64,000 nt of DNA. Source: Alphaproteobacteria bacterium. Its GTDB lineage: Bacteria > Pseudomonadota > Alphaproteobacteria > Acetobacterales > Acetobacteraceae. The translations under genes and the position numbers were made by a program. Shown here piece by piece: positions 30,390-41,629 of this stretch; the stretch's first letter is position 1; every line of letters starts with the position of its first letter. The notes under the pieces are model-generated. The model made no database searches and had not been told where the DNA came from. It was given only the letters and a program-made list of their open reading frames with translations. Location of the stretch: NCBI GenBank assembly GCA_016869715.1, contig VGDM01000011.1, positions 379-64,378 of the forward strand, in the 5' to 3' direction.

Positions 30390-30895
30390 GCACGGCCCCT
30401 AAAACGCACAAGGGCTATGGCAAGTGCGACCAGCGCAGTAAAGCCGGCCAAAATGGCACAAGCGCCAATGGCTGGCGCAACCGGTAGCAGCAAGACCATG
30501 GTGGTGGTGCTGCTGCGCGCCGCTTCCAGGGCACCAGCGCCAAGCCGCCAGGCGATCAGCGCCATCATCCCGGCAAACACCACTTCCCAGAGCGCATCCA
30601 GCGCGGCTTGAAAGCGCGGTGGCAGCCGCGCCGTGAAGCTATGCACCATCACATTGCCACGCCGCGCCTGGCACCATGGCATGAAGGTAAAGACAATTAG
30701 CGCCACACCAATTTGCACGAATTCAAAATCCCCGCGCACGCCGCCCAACCCAAGCGCGCGCGAGGTAATGGACACACTGACCAGCAGCGCGAGGCAAACC
30801 GCCAAAGCACCACCGAATAGCGCCAGCAGGCGCGCCAGCCGATCGAGCAGGCGCAGCCCAGTTTCAGAAGCGGCTGCCGCCGGATTATCGCTCAC
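30386..30895 (-). CDS. dctQ: TRAP transporter small permease
   Basis: Four TM segments, GDFEFVQ, PWCQARRGNVMV; GTG start overlaps the dctP stop. Confidence 0.85.
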   Translation of the reverse strand: MSDNPAAAASETGLRLLDRLARLLALFGGALAVCLALLVSVSITSRALGLGGVRGDFEFVQIGVALIVFTFMPWCQARRGNVMVHSFTARLPPRFQAALDALWEVVFAGMMALIAWRLGAGALEAARSSTTTMVLLLPVAPAIGACAILAGFTALVALAIALVRFRGRA

Positions 30896-31935
30896 GCGTG
30901 TTTTTGCAGCGCCGCACGCGCATCCGCCATCAGGCGTTCCGCAGGCAGCCGGCGTTCTGTCGCCTGCCTCAGCCAAGTGTCGGTGACACCTTGGGTGACG
31001 GTACGGAAGCGCGTCACTTCCTCCTCTGGCAGGGTGGTTATGGTATTGCCCTGACGCGCCCGTACAATGGCAAGCGTCGCTTCCGCCGCGGCATCCCAAG
31101 CCTCTCCAGCCATGGTGGCGGCGACCATGCCGGAATGGGCATCCAGGATGTGGCGAAGATCAGCCGGCATGCCATCATAACGCGCGCGATTCATCGCCAG
31201 CACAAAAGTGGCCGTATAAAGCGTGGGCGAGCCCGGAATTTCCGTGTGATATCGCACTAATTCATGTACGCGGATTGCGGGCACTACTTCCCAGGGCACC
31301 ACCGTGCCATCCAATACGCGCTGTGCTAAGGATTCCGATACTTGCGGAATTGGCATGCCGATGGCCTGCGCGCCAAGTGCCCGCAAGGCTTCACCACAAA
31401 GCCGCGTTGGGAAGCGCAACCGCAACCCGGCCATATCCTCAAGCCGTGCAACGCGCTTATTGGCATGGATCACACCATGATCATGCGCCCACCAGCAGAG
31501 CGGCTTCACCTCCCGGAATTCCTCAGCCAGATTCTGTACGCCGAATTCCTGCAGCGCGCGGGAATTGGTGACAGCACGACGAGAGGCGAAGAAGGGAAGT
31601 TCAAAGGTTTCAATGCGCGGGAAGCGGCCGGGCGTATTGCCTGGCAGCGTCCAGACAATATCTGCAACGCCATCACGCGCCTGATCAAAAAGCTGCGGCG
31701 GCGTGCCGCCAAGCTGCATGGTGGGGAAAATCTGGATGCGCAGGCGCCCGCCCGAGGCTTGTTCAATCCGCTGTGCCCAGGGAGCAAGAAAGCGCTGCTG
31801 CCCATTGGATGCAGGCGGCAGGAAGTGATGCAGGCGAAGCGTGACTTGCGCCTGCGCCTTCAGATCACGAACCACAAGCGGGCTGGCAAGCGCGCCAGCG
31901 CCAAAAGCCATTAGATGGCGGCGGGAAAGGGTCAT
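30892..31935 (-). CDS. dctP: TRAP substrate-binding protein with Tat signal, probably for aromatic acids
   Basis: SRRHL Tat motif; LRLHHFLP, MQLGGTPPQLFDQARDGVADIVWTLPG, GLRLRFP. Confidence 0.9.
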   Translation of the reverse strand: MTLSRRHLMAFGAGALASPLVVRDLKAQAQVTLRLHHFLPPASNGQQRFLAPWAQRIEQASGGRLRIQIFPTMQLGGTPPQLFDQARDGVADIVWTLPGNTPGRFPRIETFELPFFASRRAVTNSRALQEFGVQNLAEEFREVKPLCWWAHDHGVIHANKRVARLEDMAGLRLRFPTRLCGEALRALGAQAIGMPIPQVSESLAQRVLDGTVVPWEVVPAIRVHELVRYHTEIPGSPTLYTATFVLAMNRARYDGMPADLRHILDAHSGMVAATMAGEAWDAAAEATLAIVRARQGNTITTLPEEEVTRFRTVTQGVTDTWLRQATERRLPAERLMADARAALQKHA

Positions 31936-32047
31936 GGGCGCTCCTTTTCCTTGGCGGATGATTGGGTCACTCGTTACCTGTATTGGCTAGCATTACTCAA
32001 AAGCTGCCAGCAAGCGAAAAGCAAACCAGGGGGTCAAGACGCTGGTT

Positions 32048-33313
<1,266 letters not shown>

Positions 33314-33445
33314 CTAGGCGCAAGAAAGCCATAGCAGACAAGCGCCGGACATGAAACTTCCAGGGAAGATAACGCCCATGCCTTGTTTTGACCTTGGCAG
33401 CCTTGCTGCAATGCTGCGCCCGCTGAAATGCTGGGGGTGCGTCTG

Positions 33446-34168
33446 ATGACCGGGGGTGATTTCATCCAGCGCGATCTGGCGGCGCACCCGCTGCCGATTT
33501 CACCGGGCTACAAGACCAGCATATTCCGCGGCCCGACACGCCCGCCGCTTTCCTTGAAGGCAAGCATGGCTGACCTCACCGGCCCGGTTTTCGGCGCGGA
33601 GGAGCTTGGCGCGCGCGACAACGATCTGATCCTGAACTACGCCAAGGGAGGCTTGCCGATAGGCGAGCGGATCATCATTCATGGCCGCCTATTGGATGGC
33701 AATGCACGCCCCTTGCGCGGCGTTTTGGTGGAGATTTGGCAGGCGAATGCTTCGGGAAAATATCGCCACCGCAACGATAGCTATATCGGCACGGTTGATC
33801 CGAATTTCGGCGGGTGTGGTCGCTGCCTGACGGATGGCGGCGGGCGCTATATTTTTCGCACCATCAAGCCTGGCCCCTATCCCTTCCGCAACAAGGTGAA
33901 TGATTGGCGCCCGGCGCATATGCATTTTTCGGTCTTCGGCCATGGCTTCGCGCAAAGGCTGATTACGCAGATGTATTTTGAAGGCGATCCGCTGATCCGC
34001 CATGACAGTATCCTGAACACCATCCCCGATGAAGCAGCGCGTGATCGGCTGGTCGCGCGGCTTGATCTGGCGGCATCGTTACCGATGGACACACTCGCCT
34101 ATCGCTGGGATATCGTGCTGCGCGGTACACGCGCGACCGTGTTTGAAAACAAGCTGCAAGGGAATTGA
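33446..34168 (+). CDS. pcaH: Protocatechuate 3,4-dioxygenase beta subunit
   Basis: EIWQANASGKYRH, TIKPGPYP, WRPAHMHFS, QRLITQMYFEGDP. Confidence 0.95.
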   Translation: MTGGDFIQRDLAAHPLPISPGYKTSIFRGPTRPPLSLKASMADLTGPVFGAEELGARDNDLILNYAKGGLPIGERIIIHGRLLDGNARPLRGVLVEIWQANASGKYRHRNDSYIGTVDPNFGGCGRCLTDGGGRYIFRTIKPGPYPFRNKVNDWRPAHMHFSVFGHGFAQRLITQMYFEGDPLIRHDSILNTIPDEAARDRLVARLDLAASLPMDTLAYRWDIVLRGTRATVFENKLQGN

Positions 34169-34174
34169 CCCGCC

Positions 34175-34807
34175 ATGATAACGCCCGATGCGCTTGGCTA
34201 TTTGCCGGAAACGCCGTCCCAAACCGCCGGACCCTTTGTCCATATCGGCCTTATTCCGCGTCAAGCCGGGTTTGATATCTTCGCGAACAATCTCGGCACC
34301 GTTGCACTTTCGCCGGAGATCAATGGGGAGCGCATTCGCATCGAAGGGCGGATTTTCGATGGCACTGGCGCGGTCATTCGTGATGCCTTGGTGGAAAGTT
34401 GGCAGGCGGATTCCTTTGGCCGCTTCAACCATCCTGCCGATGATGCGCCTGGCCCGCGTGATACGCCGTTTCGTGGCTGGGGGCGCACAGGCACGGATTT
34501 TGAGAACGGCACATGGTCCTTCGCCACCATCAAGCCAGGCCGTGTAGCGCGGCGGCATGGTGAGGGGAGCCTCGCACCGCATATCCTGATCTGGATCGTG
34601 GCGCGCGGCATCAATCTTGGCCTGCTCACGCGGCTTTATTTCGAGGATGAAGCGGCGGCCAATGCGGAAGGTCCGGTGCTGCGCCTGATCGAACAGCCGG
34701 AACGGCGCCGGACGCTGATGGCACGCCGCGCCCCAGGTGATGGAAACGCCTATGTCTTCGATATCCATTTGCAGGGCGCGGAGGAGACAGTTTTCTTCGA
34801 CGTCTAA
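34175..34807 (+). CDS. pcaG: Protocatechuate 3,4-dioxygenase alpha subunit
   Basis: ETPSQTAGPFVHIGL, ARGINLGLLTRLYF, FDIHLQG..ETVFFDV. Confidence 0.95.
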   Translation: MITPDALGYLPETPSQTAGPFVHIGLIPRQAGFDIFANNLGTVALSPEINGERIRIEGRIFDGTGAVIRDALVESWQADSFGRFNHPADDAPGPRDTPFRGWGRTGTDFENGTWSFATIKPGRVARRHGEGSLAPHILIWIVARGINLGLLTRLYFEDEAAANAEGPVLRLIEQPERRRTLMARRAPGDGNAYVFDIHLQGAEETVFFDV

Positions 34808-34832
34808 AACAAAAAAGCGGGGAGAGAAAGTT

Positions 34833-35810
34833 ATGATCAATCGTCGGGATCTGATAACCGGGATGGCCGCAGCACCGCTGATGATCCACGGTGCTTCAGC
34901 GCAAGGCGCCGATTGGGTACCAAGCCGGCCTATTCGCCTGGTGGTGGGTTTCGCCGCCGGAGGGTCCACCGACACAACCGGGCGGCTGATGGCGCAGGCG
35001 CTGACAGCGGCCCTGCCACAACCCGCGGTGGTGGAAAATCGCGTGGGTGCGGCTGGCAATATCGCGACCGAACATGTGGCGCGCAGCGCACCGGATGGGC
35101 ATACGCTGGTCGTTGCCTCCATGGGCTCTCAAGCGGTGAATGCAGCGCTGTATCGCAACCCGCCCTTTGATCCGGTGAAGGATTTCACCGCCGTGTCGCT
35201 GTTTCTCAAAAGCTCCAACATGCTGGTGGCGCATCCGGGCTTTTCGGCGCGCACGCTGGCCGATCTTGTGGCGCTGGCGCGCGCCAATCCTGGGCGAGTC
35301 AATGTCGGCACGGCGGGGGCGGGGTCGTCGCAACATTTCGCCGCTGCGCTGTTCGAGCATTTGGCGCAGGTGCAGCTAACCCATATCAATTATCGCGGCG
35401 GCGCGCCGGCTATGACGGATCTGGTGGCTGGGCGCGTGGATATTGTGTTCTCACCGATTGTGGAGACGATGCAGCAAATTCGCGCCGATCAGGTGCGCGC
35501 CCTTGCCATTACCCGACCACAACGCGCGCCCGAGTTTCCCGATTTGCCGGCAGTGGCGGAAGTGGTGCCGGGCTATGAATTTTCTTCCTGGCTTGGCGCT
35601 TTTGCGCCGGCGGGAACACCGCCCGCCGCCGTGCAGCGCATGTCACAAGCCCTCGCCGCCGGCCTGCGCGATCCGCAGATACGCGAACGCGTGCTCTCCC
35701 TCGGCTATGAACCTGTCGGCAGCACGCCAGAGGAATTCACCAGCTTCTTCGCCGCGGAAATGCCGCGTGTGGCGGAGCTGGTGCGGATTTCCGGCGCCAA
35801 GGTTGAATGA
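34833..35810 (+). CDS. Bug/TctC tripartite tricarboxylate transporter substrate-binding protein
   Basis: [41 protein letters not shown]. Confidence 0.92.
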   Translation: MINRRDLITGMAAAPLMIHGASAQGADWVPSRPIRLVVGFAAGGSTDTTGRLMAQALTAALPQPAVVENRVGAAGNIATEHVARSAPDGHTLVVASMGSQAVNAALYRNPPFDPVKDFTAVSLFLKSSNMLVAHPGFSARTLADLVALARANPGRVNVGTAGAGSSQHFAAALFEHLAQVQLTHINYRGGAPAMTDLVAGRVDIVFSPIVETMQQIRADQVRALAITRPQRAPEFPDLPAVAEVVPGYEFSSWLGAFAPAGTPPAAVQRMSQALAAGLRDPQIRERVLSLGYEPVGSTPEEFTSFFAAEMPRVAELVRISGAKVE

Positions 35811-35829
35811 TACGCGCCGGAGCCGAGCC

Positions 35830-37164
35830 ATGCCAAAGCCCAAACCGCCCATGACTGCGCTGGCTTACATGTCGGGCTTCGGCAATTCCTTTGAGACTGA
35901 GGCGCTGCCCAATTCGCTGCCGATCGGGCGCAATTCACCGCAAAAATGCAATTACGGTATCTACGCAGAACAGCTTTCCGGTTCGGCCTTTACCGCACCG
36001 CGTGGTAAGAATGAACGATCCTGGCTTTATCGTATTCGCCCATCGGTGAAGCATTCCAGCTTTTATCGCGCGGTTGATCCGGGCCTGATCCGCACCGCCC
36101 CCAATGCCGCAGAACGCCAACCCATGTTGGGGCGAATGCGCTGGGATCCCCTGCCCATGCCACGCAAGCGGCTCAGTTTTGTCGAAGGTCTCACCACCAT
36201 CACCACGGCGGGCGATTCCGATACGCAAACCGGCATGGCCGCGCATATTGCCTGCATCACCCGGTCCATGCAGCGCGAGTATTTCTCCAACGCTGATGGC
36301 GAATTACTGATTGTCGCGCAACAAGGGCGGCTTCGCTTTTGTACCGAATTTGGCGTGATCGAGATTGAGCCAGGCGAGATTTGCGTCATCCCACGCGGCA
36401 TTATTTTTTGCTGTGAAATCCCCGATGGGCCCGCACGCGCCTATATCTGTGAAAATTACGGCTGGCCTTTCACCCTGCCCAATCGCGGCCCTATTGGTGC
36501 CAATTGCCTTGCCAATCCGCGCGATTTTTTGACACCCGTTGCCGCCTATGAGGATGAAGACGCCCCCTCAAACCTATTCGTCAAATGGGGTGGCGATATT
36601 TTTGTGACCGAGATCGGGCAATCGCCTTTGGATGTGGTTGCCTGGCATGGGAATTACTATCCCTACAAATATGATCTCAGGCGCTATGCCGCGGTCGGTT
36701 CCATTTCCTTTGATCATCCGGACCCTTCGATATTCACAGTGCTGACATCCCCGTCTGGGGAGGAAGGCACCGCCAATATTGACTTTGTGATCTTTCCGGA
36801 ACGCTGGATGGTGGCAGAAAATACCTTCCGTCCGCCCTGGTATCATCGTAATGTCATGAGTGAATTGATGGGCCTGATCTACGGCGTTTATGATTCAAAG
36901 CCGGAGGGTTTCGTCCCCGGTGGGTTTTCGCTGCATAATCAGATGCTGCCCCATGGGCCGGATGCGACGGCGTTTGAACATGCCTCCAACACTGAGTTGA
37001 AGCCGGTCAAGCTGACTGGCACCATGGCCTTCATGTTCGAAACACGCTTTCCGCAACGTGTCACCGCCCATGCCGCGAAGCTGCCCGGCTTGCAGAAAAA
37101 CTATATCGGCTGCTGGGACGGTTTGCAGAAGCGCTTCAACCCGAAGAAGAGGCAGGCCTGGTGA
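35830..37164 (+). CDS. hmgA: Homogentisate 1,2-dioxygenase
   Basis: [53 protein letters not shown]. Confidence 0.96.
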   Translation: MPKPKPPMTALAYMSGFGNSFETEALPNSLPIGRNSPQKCNYGIYAEQLSGSAFTAPRGKNERSWLYRIRPSVKHSSFYRAVDPGLIRTAPNAAERQPMLGRMRWDPLPMPRKRLSFVEGLTTITTAGDSDTQTGMAAHIACITRSMQREYFSNADGELLIVAQQGRLRFCTEFGVIEIEPGEICVIPRGIIFCCEIPDGPARAYICENYGWPFTLPNRGPIGANCLANPRDFLTPVAAYEDEDAPSNLFVKWGGDIFVTEIGQSPLDVVAWHGNYYPYKYDLRRYAAVGSISFDHPDPSIFTVLTSPSGEEGTANIDFVIFPERWMVAENTFRPPWYHRNVMSELMGLIYGVYDSKPEGFVPGGFSLHNQMLPHGPDATAFEHASNTELKPVKLTGTMAFMFETRFPQRVTAHAAKLPGLQKNYIGCWDGLQKRFNPKKRQAW

Positions 37165-37165
37165 G

Positions 37166-38050
37166 ATGAATGCAATACCCCCCAATCAGGATCGGCTGGT
37201 GCTGCTCGGCACCAAGGGTGGGCCTGCCATTCGCAAGGGCGGGCCTTCGCCAACGGCGCATTTGCTCGAAATTGGCGGTCATCCCTATGTGATTGATTGC
37301 GGGCTTGGCGTGACGCGTGCCCTGGTGGAAACGGGCACGCCCTTGCCTGCCTTGCGCAGCATCATCATCACGCATCTGCATTCGGATCACGTGCTGGAAA
37401 TGGGGCCGTTGATCCATACTGCCTGGACCGCCGGCTTGAAGGAAAAAATTGTGGTGCATGGACCGGTCGGCACACGCGCTGTCTGGCAGGGTTTTCTCGC
37501 CTCACTTTCCTATGACATCGCGATCCGCATCGAAGATGAAGGCCGGCCCGATCTGGCCGTAATGGTAGAGGTGCTGGAATATGCCGAAGGCCATGTCTTT
37601 ACCGATGCACGCGTAAAGGTTTCGGCCCTGCGGGTGAAACATCCCCCGGTCGCGGAATGTTTCGCGCTGCGCTTTGACCACGCTGCGGGTGCGGTGGTTT
37701 TCTCAGCCGATACCACCTATTTTCCACCGGTTACTGCCTTTGCGCGTGGCGCGGATATTCTGGTGCATGAGGCAATTTATGAACCAGGTGTGGATCGGCT
37801 GGTGGCGCGTGTCGGCAATGGGGCGCGGTTGAAGCAGCATCTGCTGGATAGCCATACGCTGGCGGAAGATGTCGGGCGCATCGCGGCGGAGGCCGGCATA
37901 GGGCTGCTCGCGCTCAATCATCTGGTGCCGGCGGATGATCCGCTGGTGACAGAACAGCATTGGGTGGAAGCGGTGCGCAGCCAATACGCCGGGCCATTGG
38001 TTGTTGGGCGCGATGGTCTAGTGCTGCCACTATCAAGCATTAACGCATGA
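37166..38050 (+). CDS. MBL-fold metallo-hydrolase (RNase Z/arylsulfatase-like)
   Basis: LLGTKGGP, IDCG, THLHSDH, FSADT, LVHEA, LNHLVP. Confidence 0.85.
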   Translation: MNAIPPNQDRLVLLGTKGGPAIRKGGPSPTAHLLEIGGHPYVIDCGLGVTRALVETGTPLPALRSIIITHLHSDHVLEMGPLIHTAWTAGLKEKIVVHGPVGTRAVWQGFLASLSYDIAIRIEDEGRPDLAVMVEVLEYAEGHVFTDARVKVSALRVKHPPVAECFALRFDHAAGAVVFSADTTYFPPVTAFARGADILVHEAIYEPGVDRLVARVGNGARLKQHLLDSHTLAEDVGRIAAEAGIGLLALNHLVPADDPLVTEQHWVEAVRSQYAGPLVVGRDGLVLPLSSINA

Positions 38051-39603
38051 AGCCTGCCGAGCCCTTCGTGCGGTTTGCCTATCAACGCCACGCCGATCAG
38101 GCGCGTGCTAAGCCTGCATCCCATCCTGTGGTGATTATCGGCGCGGGGCCGGTTGGTCTGACGCTAGCCATTGATCTCAAGCTGCGCGGCATTGAGTGCG
38201 TGCTGCTGGATGATCAGGACCGGATCGGAGAGGGGTCGCGCGCCATCTGTTTTGCCAAGCGCACGCTGGAGATTTGGGATCGGTTTGGCTGTGCCGCGCC
38301 GATGCTGGACAAGGGCGTACGCTGGAATGTTGGCAAGGTGTTTCAGGGCGAAGACCTGCTCTATCAGTTTGATCTGCTGGCGGAACCTGGCCACAAAATG
38401 CCGGCCTTCATCAATTTGCAGCAATATTACGCGGAGAAATTCCTGGTGGATCGCGCCCAGGCTTTGGGCGTTGATCTGCGCTGGCTCAACCGTGTGATCG
38501 GCCTGCAATCAGGCGTACAAAGCACACGCATCACAATTGAAACGCCCGATGGCAGCTATTCGCTTGATGCACGTTTTGTCATTGCCTGCGATGGCGCACG
38601 TTCGCCCATGCGCAGTATGCTTGGGCTTGAATTCATGGGTGAGCAGTTTGAGGATCAATTCCTGATCGCTGATGTGCGCATGACAGCCGATTTTCCGGTG
38701 GAACGCTGGTTTTGGTTCGATCCGCCCTTTCATGGTGGCCAATCCTGCCTTTTGCACAAGCAGCCCGATGATGTCTGGCGCATTGATCTGCAGCTTTCAC
38801 CGGATACGGATACGGAACATGAAAGGCAGCCCGAAGTGGTGCGCCCGCGCATTGCACGCATGTTGGGCCATGGTGAATTCGAATTGGAATGGATTTCCGT
38901 CTATCGCTTTCAATGCCGCCGGCTTGAACGCTTTGTGCATGGCGCGGTGATTTTCGCGGGTGATGCCGCGCATCAGGTCTCACCCTTTGGGGCGCGCGGT
39001 GCTAATTCCGGTGTGCAGGACGCTGATAATCTCGGCTGGAAACTCGCTGCTGCGTTGCGGGGCAACGCAGGGCTCATCGAAAGCTATGATCAGGAACGTT
39101 CGCAAGCCGCAGATGAGAATATCCTGAATTCCACTCGCGCCACTCATTTCATCGCGCCCCGCCACAAGGCAGAAGCGCGTTTTCGCAATGCGGCGCTGGC
39201 GTTGGCGCGGCAGACTGAATTTGGCAAGCGTTTTGTCAATTCCGGCAGGCTTTCAACACCAACCAACTACGCCGATAGCCCATTATCAACAAAGGACGCT
39301 GCGCCGTGGTCTGCCGGGCCACCACCGGGCGCGCCGATCCCGGATGCGCCCTTGGGCAATGGCTATCTGAGTGAAAAGCTTGGGGACGGTTTCGCCCTGC
39401 TGCATTGGCGTGCTAGTGCTGCGACTGCTGAGGCGCTTAGGGTTGTTGATGTATCAGACAAGGACGAAGCCTTGATTGCGCGTTTCGGGCTCACGCCCGG
39501 GGCTGGCTATCTCATTCGCCCAGACCGCCATGTGGCGGCGCGGTTTCAGAATCTGAGGCCCGCCGCTTTGGCTGTGGCACTCAATAAGGCATATGCTGCA
39601 TGA
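38047..39603 (+). CDS. FAD-dependent monooxygenase, candidate MhaA-like 3-hydroxyphenylacetate 6-hydroxylase
   Basis: GAGPVG, ACDGARS, GDAAHQVSPFGARGANSG, LIRPDRHVAAR; sits between hmgA and DUF2783. Confidence 0.8.
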   Translation: MKPAEPFVRFAYQRHADQARAKPASHPVVIIGAGPVGLTLAIDLKLRGIECVLLDDQDRIGEGSRAICFAKRTLEIWDRFGCAAPMLDKGVRWNVGKVFQGEDLLYQFDLLAEPGHKMPAFINLQQYYAEKFLVDRAQALGVDLRWLNRVIGLQSGVQSTRITIETPDGSYSLDARFVIACDGARSPMRSMLGLEFMGEQFEDQFLIADVRMTADFPVERWFWFDPPFHGGQSCLLHKQPDDVWRIDLQLSPDTDTEHERQPEVVRPRIARMLGHGEFELEWISVYRFQCRRLERFVHGAVIFAGDAAHQVSPFGARGANSGVQDADNLGWKLAAALRGNAGLIESYDQERSQAADENILNSTRATHFIAPRHKAEARFRNAALALARQTEFGKRFVNSGRLSTPTNYADSPLSTKDAAPWSAGPPPGAPIPDAPLGNGYLSEKLGDGFALLHWRASAATAEALRVVDVSDKDEALIARFGLTPGAGYLIRPDRHVAARFQNLRPAALAVALNKAYAA

Positions 39604-39818
39604 CAGGGCTTGAGACCAGGGCGTGTTTCACTGATCCCGACGCGGCCTATCGGGCGATTATTGAGGCACATCGTGGACTGACAGAGAGCCAAAGCGCTGA
39701 TTTGAATGCAGCCCTGGTGTTGATTTTGGCCAATAAGCTTGTGGATGTGGCGGTGCTGGGCGAGGCGCTGGTGCTTGCACGGGGGACAATCAAAGGACTT
39801 CGCGATCCTCATGCTTAA
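39600..39818 (+). CDS. DUF2783 small protein (candidate MhaB-like coupling protein)
   Basis: DPDAAYRAIIEAHRGL...LNAALVLILAN matches the recalled DUF2783 pattern; ATGA overlap with the monooxygenase. Confidence 0.78.
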   Translation: MTGLETRACFTDPDAAYRAIIEAHRGLTESQSADLNAALVLILANKLVDVAVLGEALVLARGTIKGLRDPHA

Positions 39819-40781
39819 ATGGCCCGATGCGTCCCTCTGTACGCCGTGGATCGTGCTGTGATCAGCCATGGCCATTCGGACCATGCGCGCCCTGGCCATG
39901 CAGCCGTGCTGGCGACGCCCGAGACACTCGCCATCATGACCGCGCGCTTGGGTGAAGGCCGCGCAGGCACCACGCAACAGGCGCTGCGCTATGGGGAGGT
40001 AATTACCATCAATGGCGTGAAGCTTTGGCCGCGCCCGGCGGGGCATGTGCTGGGCTCGGCGCAGATTGCGCTGGAATGGCAGGGCAGCCGCGTGGTGGTT
40101 TCCGGCGATTACAAGCGCTGCGCAGATCCAAGCTGCGTGGCTTTTGAAGTTGAGCGCTGCGATGTTTTCATCACGGAGGCGACCTTCGCGTTGCCGGTAT
40201 TCCGCCACCCTGATGCACTGGGGGAAATTGCGCGTTTGTTGCGATCGGCAGCGCTATTCCCGGAACGCACCCATGTGATTGGCTGCTATGCGCTTGGCAA
40301 ATGCCAGCGCCTGATCCGCATGTTGCGCCAGGCGGGCTATGATCGCCCGATCCATCTGCATGGCGCGCAACAGGCGCTTTGCGATGTCTATGAGGAACTG
40401 GGCATCGCCCTTGGCCCACTGCTGCCGGCAACGGTGGCGCGCAAGGACGCGCTGAAGGGCGCGATTGTGTTGGCACCGCCTTCCGCCATTGCTGATCGCT
40501 GGGCGCGGCGGCTCGTGGAACCTGTGGTCGCGAATGCCTCGGGTTGGATGGGTGTGCGGCAACGCGCGCGCCAGGGGGGCGTGGAATTGCCGTTGGTGAT
40601 TTCCGATCACGCCGATTGGGATGAGCTGCTGGCCACCTGCGCAGAGACCGGCGCGCAGGAAGTATGGGTAACGCATGGGCGCGAAGATGCACTGATCCAT
40701 GCGCTGGGGCTGCAAGGGATCAGGGGCCGCGCCCTGAACCTGATCGGGCGCGGTGAGGAAGATGAGGAGGCAGCCGCGTGA
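39819..40781 (+). CDS. Ligase-associated DNA damage response exonuclease (MBL/beta-CASP), apparently 5'-truncated
   Basis: ISHGHSDHARPG only ~14 aa from the start; AGHVLGSAQ, SGDYKR, ITEATF, LGKCQR, SDHADW, VTHG. Confidence 0.85.
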   Translation: MARCVPLYAVDRAVISHGHSDHARPGHAAVLATPETLAIMTARLGEGRAGTTQQALRYGEVITINGVKLWPRPAGHVLGSAQIALEWQGSRVVVSGDYKRCADPSCVAFEVERCDVFITEATFALPVFRHPDALGEIARLLRSAALFPERTHVIGCYALGKCQRLIRMLRQAGYDRPIHLHGAQQALCDVYEELGIALGPLLPATVARKDALKGAIVLAPPSAIADRWARRLVEPVVANASGWMGVRQRARQGGVELPLVISDHADWDELLATCAETGAQEVWVTHGREDALIHALGLQGIRGRALNLIGRGEEDEEAAA

Positions 40782-40799
40782 AGCCCAGCCTCTCCGCCT

Positions 40800-41570
40800 T
40801 TATTTCAGACGCCGCGCCAATTTCCGCCGCGCAAGCCATCGGCGCAATCCACCGCCGCCCAGGATCATTTTCGTGCAGCTGGTACGAATATGCCAGGGCA
40901 GGTTAAGGAGCTTGTCGTAGTGCGCTTCAAGCCGCTGCTGCGCCTGATGGAAGCTGGCATCCACCTTCCCCGGACTCAAATGCCGCAGGTGGAAATCAAT
41001 CACCCAGGCGCTGCGCCCGGCGCAACGTGCTTGCAGGCACATATCCGTCCCATAAAGATGAAAGCCGGAACCCGCTGCGGAAATACTGACCAACGCATCG
41101 CGGCGGATGATGATGAAATTCTCATCCAGGCTGACCACACGCGCGGGAAAGGTGCCGCAGCACTGGTTTTCGCCATGCGGATCAGAAATGCGGATTGCAA
41201 GACTGCCATCGCCCATGGAACCGGCATTGCCGGCCAGCGCCCAATCCGGATCAAGCGCATTAAGCGCGGCAAGGCGGGCGCGGAGCGTTTCGATATCATC
41301 CGCCAGCAACTGGATATCCTGGTGGCAAAGAATCACATAAGTGCCGCGTGCAAGGCTCAAGAAACGCCTGATGCCCTGGAAGGCATCCCAGTGATGGCCC
41401 TTGGAATTATCGAGGTAAAGAAACTCAGCCTTGTTTGCTGTGAAGCCGCGCGCCGCAAAACTTTCCAGCATGGCTGCGTATTCGGCGTGGCGCGTGACCA
41501 GCGTGCAAATGCTGAACAGCGGCCCGGCAAGGGCTTGGCCGGCATCTTTCGGGTGCTGCGCGGGAGTCAT
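40800..41570 (-). CDS. GT2-like glycosyltransferase-family protein
   Basis: ILCHQDI, LAGNAG, SLDENFII, GFHLYGTDMCLQA. Confidence 0.65.
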   Translation of the reverse strand: MTPAQHPKDAGQALAGPLFSICTLVTRHAEYAAMLESFAARGFTANKAEFLYLDNSKGHHWDAFQGIRRFLSLARGTYVILCHQDIQLLADDIETLRARLAALNALDPDWALAGNAGSMGDGSLAIRISDPHGENQCCGTFPARVVSLDENFIIIRRDALVSISAAGSGFHLYGTDMCLQARCAGRSAWVIDFHLRHLSPGKVDASFHQAQQRLEAHYDKLLNLPWHIRTSCTKMILGGGGLRRWLARRKLARRLK

Positions 41571-41629
41571 GGGATCAGGATCGGGCCTGGAACGGAATTG
41601 CGCAAGATCAGCCTGCGCCGCGTAGCGCC

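Noticed and set aside
35443-35829. N-terminal extension of HmgA (similar extensions for fbiC, cofE, argG, dctQ)
   Set aside because: These extensions overlap upstream genes in another frame or strand; family homology starts at downstream start codons
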